From a virus: a DNA stretch of 64,000 nucleotides. The position numbers were made by a program, and so were the translations under genes. A model generated the notes under the pieces. The model saw nothing but the letters and a program-made list of their open reading frames with translations. It was not told the origin of the DNA and did no database searches. Positions 44,748-54,249 of the stretch are shown here, piece after piece. How positions within the stretch are numbered: the stretch's first letter is position 1; each line of letters opens with the position of its first letter. Location of the stretch: the IMG/VR virus record IMGVR_UViG_3300036939_000023, positions 1 to 64,000 of that record, one strand, 5' to 3'.

Positions 44748-44770
44748 CTGTAAGCTCCTGTGACAGCTTT
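44748..44770 (-). promoter_or_regulatory. conserved 5' leader motif copy D (AAAGCTGTCACAGGAGCTTACAG-ATG)
   Basis: Shares AAGCTGT.ACAG.AGC with copy C and TACAGATG with copy E. Confidence 0.4.
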
Positions 44771-44867
44771 TAACTTGATTAACGTATCAAACTACATTTA
44801 AAAGTAGATGCACCTTGTAGCTTATTTTATCTACTAGGTATTATTACTTAGTTCTTTAATATTTAAA

Positions 44868-45113
44868 CTAGTTAATTTCGTATTCATTAAACCAATCTTC
44901 TAATGTAAATATCTTATAAACTTCTTCTACATATCTAGAATACTGAGTAGGTAATCTTAGTCCTAAATAACTAAATCTACTATTATCTTTATTAATAGCT
45001 ATATTGTTTAATTCTCTTAATTCATCTTGTAATGTTTCAATATCTAATTCACTACTAAATGGGTAATATTGTCTGTTACTTAAATTATCTACTACTACTA
45101 ATACGTATTTCAT
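44868..45113 (-). CDS. hypothetical protein
   Basis: Track ORF. Confidence 0.55.
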   Translation of the reverse strand: MKYVLVVVDNLSNRQYYPFSSELDIETLQDELRELNNIAINKDNSRFSYLGLRLPTQYSRYVEEVYKIFTLEDWFNEYEIN

Positions 45114-45149
45114 AGTTCTCTAATATCTATTTTAATTAAATTACTTTCA

Positions 45150-45293
45150 CTATTGTTCTAACTTTTCTAACTGTTTTTCAATATCTTTAAGTTTCTGTTC
45201 TAATTCTCTTTTAACATCTTCACTGTAATAATTCTTTTGTCTTAGTTGCCAGCTTATGTCGTTGTACTGTTGTCTTAATATCTTAGCGTTCAT
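45150..45293 (-). CDS. hypothetical coiled-coil protein, 47 aa
   Basis: Hand-translated: MNAKILRQQYNDISWQLRQKNYYSEDVKRELEQKL... ATGA overlap upstream. Confidence 0.4.
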   Translation of the reverse strand: MNAKILRQQYNDISWQLRQKNYYSEDVKRELEQKLKDIEKQLEKLEQ

Positions 45294-45550
45294 TTAAATA
45301 CTATGTCTACTACTTTGTTTCTTATTTCAATATCAATATCTACATTAATATCTAACTCATTAACAACTTTACTAACTACTGTTCTTAAATTATCTACTAT
45401 CTGCTGTCTTTCATAACTTAATAACTTATCTCTAATAAATTCAACATCAGTAATGCTATAAGTGTTGTTAACATACAAATCATCTATTAAATCTTTTAGT
45501 GTTAAATAAGTAGCTTTATCTATTCCTAAATACTCGTTGTTTAGTTGCAT
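45290..45550 (-). CDS. hypothetical protein
   Basis: Track ORF. Confidence 0.55.
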   Translation of the reverse strand: MQLNNEYLGIDKATYLTLKDLIDDLYVNNTYSITDVEFIRDKLLSYERQQIVDNLRTVVSKVVNELDINVDIDIEIRNKVVDIVFK

Positions 45551-45744
45551 AGTAAATACCTTAACTCTAACTGTACTTTTTTCTTGTAATCTAAATCAAT
45601 TACTACATTACTAAAATCACTATTTACTGGATGTTCAATATAACAAATACCTTTAATACTTAATAACTTATCTGTTAAATGTTCTGGTAATTTAGGTGTT
45701 ACTTTAATTACATTATTCTCTTGCACTTTAATGCAATAACTCAT
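45541..45744 (-). CDS. hypothetical protein
   Basis: Track ORF. Confidence 0.55.
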   Translation of the reverse strand: MSYCIKVQENNVIKVTPKLPEHLTDKLLSIKGICYIEHPVNSDFSNVVIDLDYKKKVQLELRYLLCN

Positions 45745-45763
45745 AAATTTAATCTGTTAATAA

Positions 45764-45922
45764 TTAGTTATTAAGAAACTTATTTAGTCTAAGTATAGAA
45801 TCTTCTAAGTGTGTAATAGCTAGGCTAATATCTCTACATCTAATAGGTGAATCTGTATTATTTAATTCTTCTAATTCACTTAAAATTTTAATTAATTTAC
45901 TATTACAAATAGCTAGTCTTCT
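45764..45922 (-). other. 52-codon open frame with no ATG/GTG/TTG start
   Basis: RRLAICNSKLIKILSELEELNNTDSPIRCRDISLAITHLEDSILRLNKFLNN. In frame with the deaminase-like gene, directly after its TAA-TAG. Confidence 0.35.
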
Positions 45923-45925
45923 CTA

Positions 45926-46354
45926 TTATTTTCTTCCATTTAATATTTCCTCATTAATTTTTAAATACTTATTGTCTCTGCTAGTTATGTAAACTAATCT
46001 ACCACAATTAAAATTAGTTATCACATTATAACAATACTTACAAGGATAACTAGATTTAAGTATATTACAGTTATTGCTACGTCCTACTCCAGCTATAACT
46101 AAGCTACTACTTCTAAACTTAGTTACATTTAATAACTTACTAGACTTAAATAATGTAGCTATCTCTGCATGATTATTGTAATAGTTATACTTCTTAGCTA
46201 ATGGATTAATGTTGTAATAGTCATTAGTACTAGTACCATATTTCTTATTGTTATAAAGTAAAGTACTAGCTAAAGTAAACTTATTAGGTATCTTATGTTG
46301 TTTACAGTATCTTAATAAGAAACTAACGGTTTCTACATCTAAACTAGTAATCAT
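45926..46354 (-). CDS. CMP/dCMP deaminase-like zinc-binding protein
   Basis: NNHAEIATLF (H-A-E) and SSYPCKYCYNVI (P-C-x-x-C). Confidence 0.55.
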   Translation of the reverse strand: MITSLDVETVSFLLRYCKQHKIPNKFTLASTLLYNNKKYGTSTNDYYNINPLAKKYNYYNNHAEIATLFKSSKLLNVTKFRSSSLVIAGVGRSNNCNILKSSYPCKYCYNVITNFNCGRLVYITSRDNKYLKINEEILNGRK

Positions 46355-46818
46355 TAATAAATGTCTGCAATATAAGAATCAGCATTAATATTTTTATTAA
46401 CTAACTTTTCAAAGTTTTCATCTTTATAAAATAAATAAGGCACTACAGCTTCTTCATATAACATATAACCTAGTAAATCATTAGAACCACTACCAGAATT
46501 AATATAAGGTCTTAACCAATCTACAAATAATTCTATTTTATTATTGTAATTCTTAATACTGCTTCTAATACTTAGTAAATATTCTTTACTTATTCTATCT
46601 GGAATAGAACTAAATGTACTAAAACTATCACTAAATCCAAAATAGTAACTACAACAATTAGCTATTGCTTTATATCTATTACTACTAAATAACTTATGAT
46701 CTGGTAATATTAATTCAATCTCTTTGTTATTAACTATTACATCTAATATGGTAATTATTTCATTAGGAGTGTTGTTATATAAACTAACTCCAAATACAAA
46801 TTCAGTGTACATTCCCAT
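46354..46818 (-). CDS. hypothetical protein
   Basis: Track ORF. Confidence 0.6.
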   Translation of the reverse strand: MGMYTEFVFGVSLYNNTPNEIITILDVIVNNKEIELILPDHKLFSSNRYKAIANCCSYYFGFSDSFSTFSSIPDRISKEYLLSIRSSIKNYNNKIELFVDWLRPYINSGSGSNDLLGYMLYEEAVVPYLFYKDENFEKLVNKNINADSYIADIY

Positions 46819-46821
46819 AAT

Positions 46822-47106
46822 TTAATCTCCTAAATTTAATACCTTATGTAAATTAGTGTACTTAATTATTAAATTAGTACTATCTTCTATTGTGTTAAGT
46901 AAGTAGTTATTCACTAAATACTTAAGCTTAAGTAATAACTTTACCTCAGTAACTTCTTTATCTTTATATCTGTTAATTGTTTGTATATTAAATACATCTT
47001 GTTTACTAACTAACACTACTGATTCTTTAGTAACATCAATTAGTAATAGTTCGTTATCTAAATAACAGTAATAGTGACTGTGATACTTAATACTAGTGAA
47101 GAACAT
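46822..47106 (-). CDS. hypothetical protein
   Basis: Track ORF. Confidence 0.55.
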   Translation of the reverse strand: MFFTSIKYHSHYYCYLDNELLLIDVTKESVVLVSKQDVFNIQTINRYKDKEVTEVKLLLKLKYLVNNYLLNTIEDSTNLIIKYTNLHKVLNLGD

Positions 47107-47108
47107 AA

Positions 47109-47537
47109 TTAATTTAACTTAGTTTGTTTAATAGTTACATTAGAATTACTAGTCCAAGTACTTACATAATACTTATTTAGTAAAGCTACTTGTTCAATAT
47201 TTTCACCAATACCGTCACTTAGTTGTCCCGAAGTATAATTTCGTAGTTCTTCTAATTCAGCTTTAGATAGTCTTTTAACAGCTTTGTATTCAATTACAGC
47301 TACTAGTTCATCTTCCTGTAATTGAAGTCTCATGTAACCTTCTAGAAGCTTCTCAGACAATTGTTTGTTATCAATATATTCAACAAAGTTATCTTCAAAT
47401 TTATAGTTATCTAATTTACTTAAATCATGTGCATCTAACTGTACTTCTTCTTCAACATAACTGCCACAATGTTCACAATAATAATCTTCAGCTTCTACTA
47501 TCACTGAACATTTACTTTCTACTACAATCTTATACAT
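47109..47537 (-). CDS. hypothetical protein
   Basis: Track ORF; CEHCGS near the N-terminus. Confidence 0.6.
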   Translation of the reverse strand: MYKIVVESKCSVIVEAEDYYCEHCGSYVEEEVQLDAHDLSKLDNYKFEDNFVEYIDNKQLSEKLLEGYMRLQLQEDELVAVIEYKAVKRLSKAELEELRNYTSGQLSDGIGENIEQVALLNKYYVSTWTSNSNVTIKQTKLN

Positions 47538-47570
47538 TTAACTAATAATAAAAATAATTATAGTAATTAG

Positions 47571-47885
47571 TTACTTAGTGTTTAGGAACTTAACTAATGC
47601 TTGATAAAAATAATCACCAGTCTCTAATTTAAATTGCTCATTAACAGCTTTAGTTACATATTCTCTTAATGCACTAAGGCTTCTAAATTCACTGTGTTTA
47701 ATTAACTCACTAATATCTAATTTCTTATTTAACTTATCTTTTAATACATCATCTACTAATAACTTATTTACTTCTTTAGTAATAACTTTTTCTACAATAC
47801 TATCAATGTAATCTTTAGTTAAATAATTAAGCTTATTACGTATTTCAGCTTTAAATATTGCAGTAATTAACTTATCTAAAATCAT
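47571..47885 (-). CDS. hypothetical protein
   Basis: Track ORF. Confidence 0.55.
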   Translation of the reverse strand: MILDKLITAIFKAEIRNKLNYLTKDYIDSIVEKVITKEVNKLLVDDVLKDKLNKKLDISELIKHSEFRSLSALREYVTKAVNEQFKLETGDYFYQALVKFLNTK

Positions 47886-48115
47886 ACTAAATTACCTTTC
47901 ATATCTACAAACTTAAAACCATGCTTCAAACAATTCTGCATTGTAGTTATTCCTTTACTAGCTCGTGGTATATTAAGCTCAGGAACACGATAACTACTGA
48001 ACAGTGGATTTGTATAGTGGTGCCAGTTAGTGCCATCTATAGTCAATTCTAGCTGTAATCCAGTAATATTCTCAGTACTACTTTCATCTCTTCTCCATCT
48101 CATTAATTTAGTCAT
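47882..48115 (-). CDS. hypothetical protein
   Basis: Track ORF. Confidence 0.55.
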   Translation of the reverse strand: MTKLMRWRRDESSTENITGLQLELTIDGTNWHHYTNPLFSSYRVPELNIPRASKGITTMQNCLKHGFKFVDMKGNLV

Positions 48116-48119
48116 AATT

Positions 48120-48299
48120 CTACCTAATTACTACTAACCATTTATCGTTAAAATTCAATGTACCTTCTTCAACTAATTGCCATACTGTACTTTTAATTTC
48201 AGCTTTAGTAAATGTACTACTAAGTCCTCTAGCTATATCATCTAAAGTACAAGGTTGTGCAATTCTTACATAGTTAATTAACTTATCCGTTTTAGTCAT
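48120..48299 (-). CDS. small winged-helix-like protein, 59 aa
   Basis: Hand-translated: MTKTDKLINYVRIAQPCTLDDIARGLSSTFTKAEIKSTVWQLVEEGTL... ATGACTAA overlap upstream. Confidence 0.45.
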   Translation of the reverse strand: MTKTDKLINYVRIAQPCTLDDIARGLSSTFTKAEIKSTVWQLVEEGTLNFNDKWLVVIR

Positions 48300-48618
48300 T
48301 ATTCTTAATTACATCTAATCCTAACTGTAGGAGATACTTGTTAAGTAAGTCTTTAATTCTGTTATTAATATAATTATCTAATTGAGTACTATTACTCCAA
48401 TAATTCTTTAATAAATAACCTATTTGTCTAGCTATTTGTTCTTCAATTAATAAGTCTATTTTCTTAACATCATAACTGTTCTTTAGTTTTTGATTTAAGC
48501 CAGTAATAACTATTTCTTTAACTTGTTCTCTACTTATATTAATTACTTCATTTTTAATTAGCTCCTTAATATAAGCTCTAAGTTCTGCATCATCGTTAAG
48601 TAACAATTCTACTTTCAT
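48292..48618 (-). CDS. hypothetical protein
   Basis: Track ORF. Confidence 0.55.
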   Translation of the reverse strand: MKVELLLNDDAELRAYIKELIKNEVINISREQVKEIVITGLNQKLKNSYDVKKIDLLIEEQIARQIGYLLKNYWSNSTQLDNYINNRIKDLLNKYLLQLGLDVIKNND

Positions 48619-48800
48619 ACTGTCTCCTTAAGTAACTCTCTAACAATATTTTCTTTAAGCATTAACTGTTGTAATACTATTAAGTACAACTCTATTAACT
48701 GTTCTTTACTAGCTTCTGACAATAACTGTTTATCACTAATTAACTTAAATTGCTGTGTTAGTGTTAATTCACTATTTTGTAATACTTTATTTAAATCCAT
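48615..48800 (-). CDS. hypothetical protein
   Basis: Track ORF. Confidence 0.5.
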   Translation of the reverse strand: MDLNKVLQNSELTLTQQFKLISDKQLLSEASKEQLIELYLIVLQQLMLKENIVRELLKETV

Positions 48801-48974
48801 TTATTTACTAGTTAATTTATAATCTACAAATCTAATTTTACCTAACTGTACTAATTCATTTATCTTCTTTAATAGTAAATAACTAGGATAATAATGCAAC
48901 TTCTTAATTAGACTATCTACTGATAAGTTATGTTGTTGTAGTAGTTCTAATATGTCTTCTTCTACATTATTCAT
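48801..48974 (-). CDS. small winged-helix-like protein, 57 aa
   Basis: Hand-translated: MNNVEEDILELLQQHNLSVDSLIKKLHYYPSYLLLKKINELVQLGKI... Confidence 0.4.
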   Translation of the reverse strand: MNNVEEDILELLQQHNLSVDSLIKKLHYYPSYLLLKKINELVQLGKIRFVDYKLTSK

Positions 48975-48995
48975 AGTAAATTATTATTAAATCAA

Positions 48996-49457
48996 CTAAG
49001 TTAATTTATTATCTAATAAGTAACAGTAACCAATTAGTAAACTGTCTGCTACATGATTATTTTTATTAGTTAAATTAAATAACTTATTAGCAGTAGCTAT
49101 CATTTGTTCTTTACTACTATTACCGTTACCTGTAACTTTCTTCTTAACTTGTTTAGCACTATAATTAGTAACTACTTTTACATCGTATTTAGTACTAGTA
49201 GTTAGTAAAATACCTTCAACATTAATTAGTGCTGAACCTGCATCTGTTAATTGGCAGTAATTCTTTTCATAAACTATTACATCAGGTTTGTAATTAGTTA
49301 GTACTTCATTAATAAATACTTCTATTTCACTAAGTCTATAACGATGTTCAGTTTTACTAGTAGTAGTAAAGTTCTTAGCAAATAGTACATCTAACTTATC
49401 AGTAAGACAACTTACTGCTAAATTAGCTATACCTAAATCACAACCTAATATTATCAT
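48996..49457 (-). CDS. RuvC-like Holliday junction resolvase
   Basis: MIILGCDLGIANLAVS (first Asp block), DVIVYEKNY (Glu), HVADSLLIGYC (C-terminal Asp block). Confidence 0.7.
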   Translation of the reverse strand: MIILGCDLGIANLAVSCLTDKLDVLFAKNFTTTSKTEHRYRLSEIEVFINEVLTNYKPDVIVYEKNYCQLTDAGSALINVEGILLTTSTKYDVKVVTNYSAKQVKKKVTGNGNSSKEQMIATANKLFNLTNKNNHVADSLLIGYCYLLDNKLT

Positions 49458-49504
49458 TAACTTTATCTGTCATAATTTACTTAAATAACAATAATTATAC
49501 TTAA

Positions 49505-49993
49505 ATGACTACTTATAAACTTAATTACAGTTACAACTCACAACCTTCAGTACCAGCTACTCAAGAAGATTTACTTACTGAATATCCTTATGAATTAATG
49601 TATAACTTACTAAATGCATTAACTGTTAATCAACGTAAGAACTTAAAAAACATTACTATTACTAGTGGTAAAAGTGATAAACATTCTAATGGTTACAACA
49701 AAGAATTTAACTTAGGTGTTACTAATGCATTTTATAAAGTTAAATTAGTTGCTGATAAGAACAAAGTAAATAAAAAAGATACTATTAAATTAACTGTTAC
49801 GACTACTAATATTACTACTGTTAGTAAAGTAGAGTTTTACTTAGGAGGTACTAGACTAACAGAATTAACAGTAGCTCCTTATGTTTATAGTTATGTAACT
49901 GATAAAGTGGGTAGTTATTTAGTTACAGCTAAAGTTACAGATAGTGATAATACAGTAACCGTTAGTAATCCAGTAACATTAACTATTCAGTAA
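49505..49993 (+). CDS. Ig-like domain protein (lone + strand gene)
   Basis: C-terminal ~85 aa DTIKLTVTTTNITTVSKVEFYLGGTRLTELTVAPYVYSYVTDKVGSYLVTAKVTDSDNTVTVSNPVTLTI has an Ig-like beta-sandwich repeat pattern. Confidence 0.45.
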   Translation: MTTYKLNYSYNSQPSVPATQEDLLTEYPYELMYNLLNALTVNQRKNLKNITITSGKSDKHSNGYNKEFNLGVTNAFYKVKLVADKNKVNKKDTIKLTVTTTNITTVSKVEFYLGGTRLTELTVAPYVYSYVTDKVGSYLVTAKVTDSDNTVTVSNPVTLTIQ

Positions 49994-50000
49994 TATTTAA

Positions 50001-50306
50001 TTAGTTTTGATCATTGTAACTAATATCCTCTAGCATTGCTACTAATACTGCAATAGTTTGAATAATTTCTTCTCTAAGATTAGGCGGATTATTATCTAGA
50101 TAAGCTTTACTAATTTCACCAAATTCTTCAGAAGCTATTACTAACCAAAATGGTATTGATAAGTGTCTAGGTTGTTCTCCAAATAACTTATCTTGTCTAT
50201 TACGCTCTTCAGTTACTAACTTATAAATATCTTCTTTAGTTAATTTAACTAGTTTATGTTTAAAGTTAGTAAATTTAGTAATATAATCTACTTCAATATT
50301 GTTCAT
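50001..50306 (-). CDS. MazG-like all-alpha NTP pyrophosphohydrolase candidate
   Basis: ERNRQDKLFGEQ......WLVIASEEFGEISKA....LREEIIQTIAVLVAMLE. Confidence 0.5.
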   Translation of the reverse strand: MNNIEVDYITKFTNFKHKLVKLTKEDIYKLVTEERNRQDKLFGEQPRHLSIPFWLVIASEEFGEISKAYLDNNPPNLREEIIQTIAVLVAMLEDISYNDQN

Positions 50307-50497
50307 TAATTTAATCCCAAAACTTCTTTTTCTTCAATTGTCAATTTAGCTAATACTTGATTTTGTATTGTTCTATACCTGTCCACTAAACTAATAATAT
50401 CGTCTATATTCATTTTTAAAGCTCTCGTAATGTTAAATATACATTCATACCTAAAGTTGTTTATAAGATGTTGTAGAGGATTACAGCTACCAATCAA
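50306..50497 (-). CDS. hypothetical protein
   Basis: Track ORF. Confidence 0.5.
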   Translation of the reverse strand: MIGSCNPLQHLINNFRYECIFNITRALKMNIDDIISLVDRYRTIQNQVLAKLTIEEKEVLGLN

Positions 50498-50795
50498 ACT
50501 GTTCTGTGTAACTACTAGCTCCTAATGATTCTAAGTATGGTTGCAATTTAGTTACAAAACATCTATCACAAATATCAAAAGAAACTGTAGTTCTGTCTCC
50601 ACCATCAGGATAATTAACTCCTTTAACGTATTCAATCGTAGTATTTAAAATGTCACCTTTACTAAGAGTCCATTTGTTACCTTCAGAATAATCTTTTTTA
50701 CCTACTTTTCTACATATATCACAAATTACACTATCTAACTGTTGTACTGTCTTAGCTTCTGTCGCAGGTATAATTACTGTCTTGTATATTCTCAT
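50487..50795 (-). CDS. zinc-ribbon-like protein
   Basis: CDICRK ... CDRCF pairs. Confidence 0.5.
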   Translation of the reverse strand: MRIYKTVIIPATEAKTVQQLDSVICDICRKVGKKDYSEGNKWTLSKGDILNTTIEYVKGVNYPDGGDRTTVSFDICDRCFVTKLQPYLESLGASSYTEQFDW

Positions 50796-50801
50796 GTTTA
50801 A

Positions 50802-51020
50802 TCAGTTATTGTGTGTTGTAGAGGCTTGTAGGTACCTCTGAGCTTCTACATATGTTAGTTCATGTATCAGAGGAGAAAAAATACTAGATTCTCCTTCTAT
50901 TAAATAATAATGTAAAAATTCGTTAGCGTCTATAGTAGTTACTATTACTCTATAAATTACAGATTCATCAACAGCTACAATTGTTTGATTAACTAAATCT
51001 TTATATTCAACTTCTTTCAT
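50802..51020 (-). CDS. hypothetical protein
   Basis: Track ORF. Confidence 0.5.
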   Translation of the reverse strand: MKEVEYKDLVNQTIVAVDESVIYRVIVTTIDANEFLHYYLIEGESSIFSPLIHELTYVEAQRYLQASTTHNN

Positions 51021-51747
51021 TTAACTTAAATACTCTAAAACAATAAAAATAAGTATCACATTCTACATTGCTTATCTGTATTAACTTATTACTATAGCTA
51101 AGTATTAAATCTTCATAAGTAACTACTACATTATCAGCATTACTCTTAATGGCTTCTACTTCTTTCTTCTTTAAGTTAGTAGTATCAATACCAGGTTTTA
51201 ATGTAATTACTTTGTTGTGTTCTACATCAAATATTTTAGGTATTAACTCTAAATCCTTATTACTAATTAAGATGTTGTTTAATGTTACTGCTTCAAATTC
51301 ATATTTAGTATCTAATTTACTACTGTATTGTTCATAAGTTAATAGTGCTTCGTTATCAAACTCTTCTGCATTAATAATATCTAAGTACTTAACTAACTGT
51401 TCTGGTTTAATAGTTAGTAAATTTAAATCTATTACAGCTTCTTCATCTTTAGTAGTTCTTTTATAGTATAAGTAGCTATTACCATTTAAGTCTACTTTAA
51501 ATTCTAATGTGCTACTCTTCTTACTACAACAATCCTTAATTATGTTAACTACTTCACTGTTCTTATTTAATACTAAATAACCAGTAAATTTGTTAGATGT
51601 AGCTACTTGTAATGTTTCTACTTTAGTAAAATAAGTGTTACCTAAACAATATATATTTAAATAACAATTAACAAACTCTAATATTATCTCTTTACTAGTA
51701 CTAGTGATTAATGCTCTTAATAGTTTACTTTTATCCGTTATCTGCAT
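51007..51747 (-). CDS. hypothetical protein
   Basis: Track ORF, 246 aa. Confidence 0.6.
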   Translation of the reverse strand: MQITDKSKLLRALITSTSKEIILEFVNCYLNIYCLGNTYFTKVETLQVATSNKFTGYLVLNKNSEVVNIIKDCCSKKSSTLEFKVDLNGNSYLYYKRTTKDEEAVIDLNLLTIKPEQLVKYLDIINAEEFDNEALLTYEQYSSKLDTKYEFEAVTLNNILISNKDLELIPKIFDVEHNKVITLKPGIDTTNLKKKEVEAIKSNADNVVVTYEDLILSYSNKLIQISNVECDTYFYCFRVFKLNERS

Positions 51748-51749
51748 AA

Positions 51750-51995
51750 TTAGTTATCTAAGTAACCTTTATTTAAATATTCATTAATATCTACTGTATT
51801 AGTAAATACCACATTCTCATAACTGATTAATCTAATATCTCTAGCAGCTCCTTTAATAAACTGTAATTTATTTGATATAAGTAATTCTTCAGTACTAGTA
51901 AATAAATTAACTCTAGTATGATTGATCCATATCCATGAAAGTAAATAAAATTGTACTAATAGTCTATTTTCATCTAACTGTTCAATTATTTTCAT
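51750..51995 (-). CDS. hypothetical protein
   Basis: Track ORF. Confidence 0.55.
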   Translation of the reverse strand: MKIIEQLDENRLLVQFYLLSWIWINHTRVNLFTSTEELLISNKLQFIKGAARDIRLISYENVVFTNTVDINEYLNKGYLDN

Positions 51996-51997
51996 AA

Positions 51998-52156
51998 CTA
52001 CAGTAATCTCTTAAATCTGTCTTCCAACTCTTTAATCTGTTTACTTACAAATGCAATTCGTTTATACAATACTTCTTTTGTAGCTTCATCTTTAGCTGTT
52101 AGGAACTGTTCTTGTAATCGTTCTAATTTAATCTTTAATTTTGTTAGTTTGTTCAT
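51998..52156 (-). CDS. hypothetical coiled-coil protein, 52 aa
   Basis: Hand-translated: MNKLTKLKIKLERLQEQFLTAKDEATKEVLYKRIAF... Confidence 0.4.
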   Translation of the reverse strand: MNKLTKLKIKLERLQEQFLTAKDEATKEVLYKRIAFVSKQIKELEDRFKRLL

Positions 52157-52307
52157 AGGTAATCAAATGAATATTTACTGCATTATCTTTAATATCATTT
52201 AAATACATATCTACTACAGTTTTATCTTTAGTACTTAAACTATTAACACTATTTGCAGTATGATTGTATTTCCATTGCCAAGTTAGTAAGTATTCTTTAG
52301 TACTCAT
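52128..52307 (-). CDS. hypothetical protein, 59 aa
   Basis: Hand-translated: MSTKEYLLTWQWKYNHTANSVNSLSTKDK... Confidence 0.4.
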   Translation of the reverse strand: MSTKEYLLTWQWKYNHTANSVNSLSTKDKTVVDMYLNDIKDNAVNIHLITYEQTNKIKD

Positions 52308-52551
52308 TTAACAACTTATTTATTACACTAACTGTATCTAATTTCTTACTGTAAATAGTAACTACATAGCCATTAGGTAAACTGCTCTTAAGTACTTCTC
52401 CATTAACTTTTAAGCTACCTATCACACTAGTTTCTTCACTAATTAAATAACTAGTTATATCATTAGTAATTAGTGTATTAACTAATGTTCTTAACTGTTC
52501 TTTATTATCTAACTTTAAATTAATATTTAATTGTGTACTTAATAGTTTCAT
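52297..52551 (-). CDS. hypothetical protein
   Basis: Track ORF. Confidence 0.55.
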   Translation of the reverse strand: MKLLSTQLNINLKLDNKEQLRTLVNTLITNDITSYLISEETSVIGSLKVNGEVLKSSLPNGYVVTIYSKKLDTVSVINKLLNEY

Positions 52552-52760
52552 CTTAATAAATAGTTTAATACTGTAGCTGCTGTTACTGTTATTACAGTTT
52601 TATGTTCTTGTGGAATACCATTAATAGTTTCTACATCTACTAAGTAATTTTTATCTCTTTCACCTATTAAGACACCAACTACTACATTATCTCCATACTT
52701 AAATTTAACTTTATTGCCTAACTTCATTTGTACATCAATTAAGGTTATGTTCATACTCAT
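52548..52760 (-). CDS. hypothetical protein
   Basis: Track ORF. Confidence 0.55.
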   Translation of the reverse strand: MSMNITLIDVQMKLGNKVKFKYGDNVVVGVLIGERDKNYLVDVETINGIPQEHKTVITVTAATVLNYLLR

Positions 52761-52896
52761 TTAATATAAATAACATTGTATTTAATTCTTTCTCAATAAC
52801 TGTTACTAAGCTATCTACTTGTTCAGTATTTTTGTATTGATGTATAGCTAACAGCAGTATGTTAATTTTAGCCAGTAACTGTTCTCGTTTATGCAT
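52735..52896 (-). CDS. hypothetical protein, 53 aa
   Basis: Hand-translated: MHKREQLLAKINILLLAIHQYKNTEQVDSL... Confidence 0.35.
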   Translation of the reverse strand: MHKREQLLAKINILLLAIHQYKNTEQVDSLVTVIEKELNTMLFILNEYEHNLN

Positions 52897-53020
52897 GATA
52901 AATATAATAGTAGTTTAGTTAATACTACTAATTTTAACTACTTTATCTATTACTACTGTGTTATTAAGATAAACAATAATATTAATGTAATTAGTATCAT
53001 TACACCTAGTAACTTTTAAG

Positions 53021-53506
53021 TTAATCATGATCTACATACTCCTCTACATTAATAGTATCTTTAGTAACTACTACTTTATGATGATCACCAAATAAGTATC
53101 TAACTAAGTTTTCATTACCATTAATAAACTGTTCTAACTTAGTAAAATCTGTCCACTTAGCTTCTTGTCCTTCAATAGCTACATACTTTCTATCTTTCCA
53201 TTCTCTTAATTTGTTTAAATCATAAATAGCATAATATTTATCTTCTAACTCTAAATCCTCATAGTATTCATATTCTTCTTCAGATACTTCTCTAGTACTA
53301 ATAAATCTAAAATCACTAATACTGAATTCACATGGATCACCGTCTGAAAAATAAGGAACATATCCTGTCCAAGTAATAGCTAATATATCATCATATTTAG
53401 TAAAGAATTCCTTAACTACTTCTTTTAAAGTATCTTCAAACATGTTCTTAAGCTGTTGCTGCTTAGTGTTATATTGCTCTAATACTTCATTAAATTTGTC
53501 CAACAT
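53021..53506 (-). CDS. hypothetical acidic protein
   Basis: Track ORF. Confidence 0.6.
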   Translation of the reverse strand: MLDKFNEVLEQYNTKQQQLKNMFEDTLKEVVKEFFTKYDDILAITWTGYVPYFSDGDPCEFSISDFRFISTREVSEEEYEYYEDLELEDKYYAIYDLNKLREWKDRKYVAIEGQEAKWTDFTKLEQFINGNENLVRYLFGDHHKVVVTKDTINVEEYVDHD

Positions 53507-53507
53507 A

Positions 53508-53858
53508 TCAATCCTTTAAGTTTAATGTTTTAGTTCTTGTAACTGGTGCTGACATCCAATCTTTAATCTCTAAATTCTCTAACCAATCTTCAACAGTTGG
53601 TATGTAACCTAAGTCATCAATAATATGTTGTTCTGCAATGTCTCTAGTACTAACTGTTCTGTTATCACTATTAACTAAAGTAATACCAAAGATCTGTTCT
53701 ACTAAATAACAACCAAAACTGTTATGTAATATTGCTCTATGTTTAATGTTTGGATATGCAATTTTAGGACTATCTATAAAATTATGTATTGCAATGTAAT
53801 CTTCAACTTTACCTCCATACTTATGCTTAGTTATTTGTGCATGAATAAAAGGTTTCAT
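53508..53858 (-). CDS. hypothetical conserved-looking protein
   Basis: Track ORF: KHKYGGKVEDYIAIHNFIDS...HNSFGCYLVEQIFG. Confidence 0.6.
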   Translation of the reverse strand: MKPFIHAQITKHKYGGKVEDYIAIHNFIDSPKIAYPNIKHRAILHNSFGCYLVEQIFGITLVNSDNRTVSTRDIAEQHIIDDLGYIPTVEDWLENLEIKDWMSAPVTRTKTLNLKD

Positions 53859-53868
53859 ATAGTTAGCT

Positions 53869-54045
53869 TTAATTTAAAGATATAGCTCTAATAGCTGCAT
53901 TTACTTGAAAACCATTTTCTACTGGATGAGCTTCAAAACTAAACTCAATTACATTACCAGTCTTAACTTCATTATTTAGTTGTACTAACAAACTTAGTAA
54001 TTCTTCAGTACTGGCAATTCTATCTATTAAAAACACGTGCCCCAT
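53869..54045 (-). CDS. hypothetical protein, 58 aa
   Basis: Hand-translated: MGHVFLIDRIASTEELLSLLVQLNNEVKTGNVIEF... Confidence 0.4.
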   Translation of the reverse strand: MGHVFLIDRIASTEELLSLLVQLNNEVKTGNVIEFSFEAHPVENGFQVNAAIRAISLN

Positions 54046-54048
54046 AAT

Positions 54049-54249
54049 TTAATTTTTTCTATCAAATGTATAATTACCGTACTTATCTTTACGTAACTGT
54101 ACTAAAGTATTACTTAATTGTTTATAAGTATTTGTTAACTGTCTTAGTACATCTAACTTATTAATATTATGTTTGTTACATAGTTCATTTAAATTAGCTA
54201 ACTGTTCTGTATTAGCTATTAAGTACTCCGTTAGTTGTTGCAGATTCAT
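54049..54249 (-). CDS. hypothetical protein
   Basis: Track ORF. Confidence 0.55.
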   Translation of the reverse strand: MNLQQLTEYLIANTEQLANLNELCNKHNINKLDVLRQLTNTYKQLSNTLVQLRKDKYGNYTFDRKN

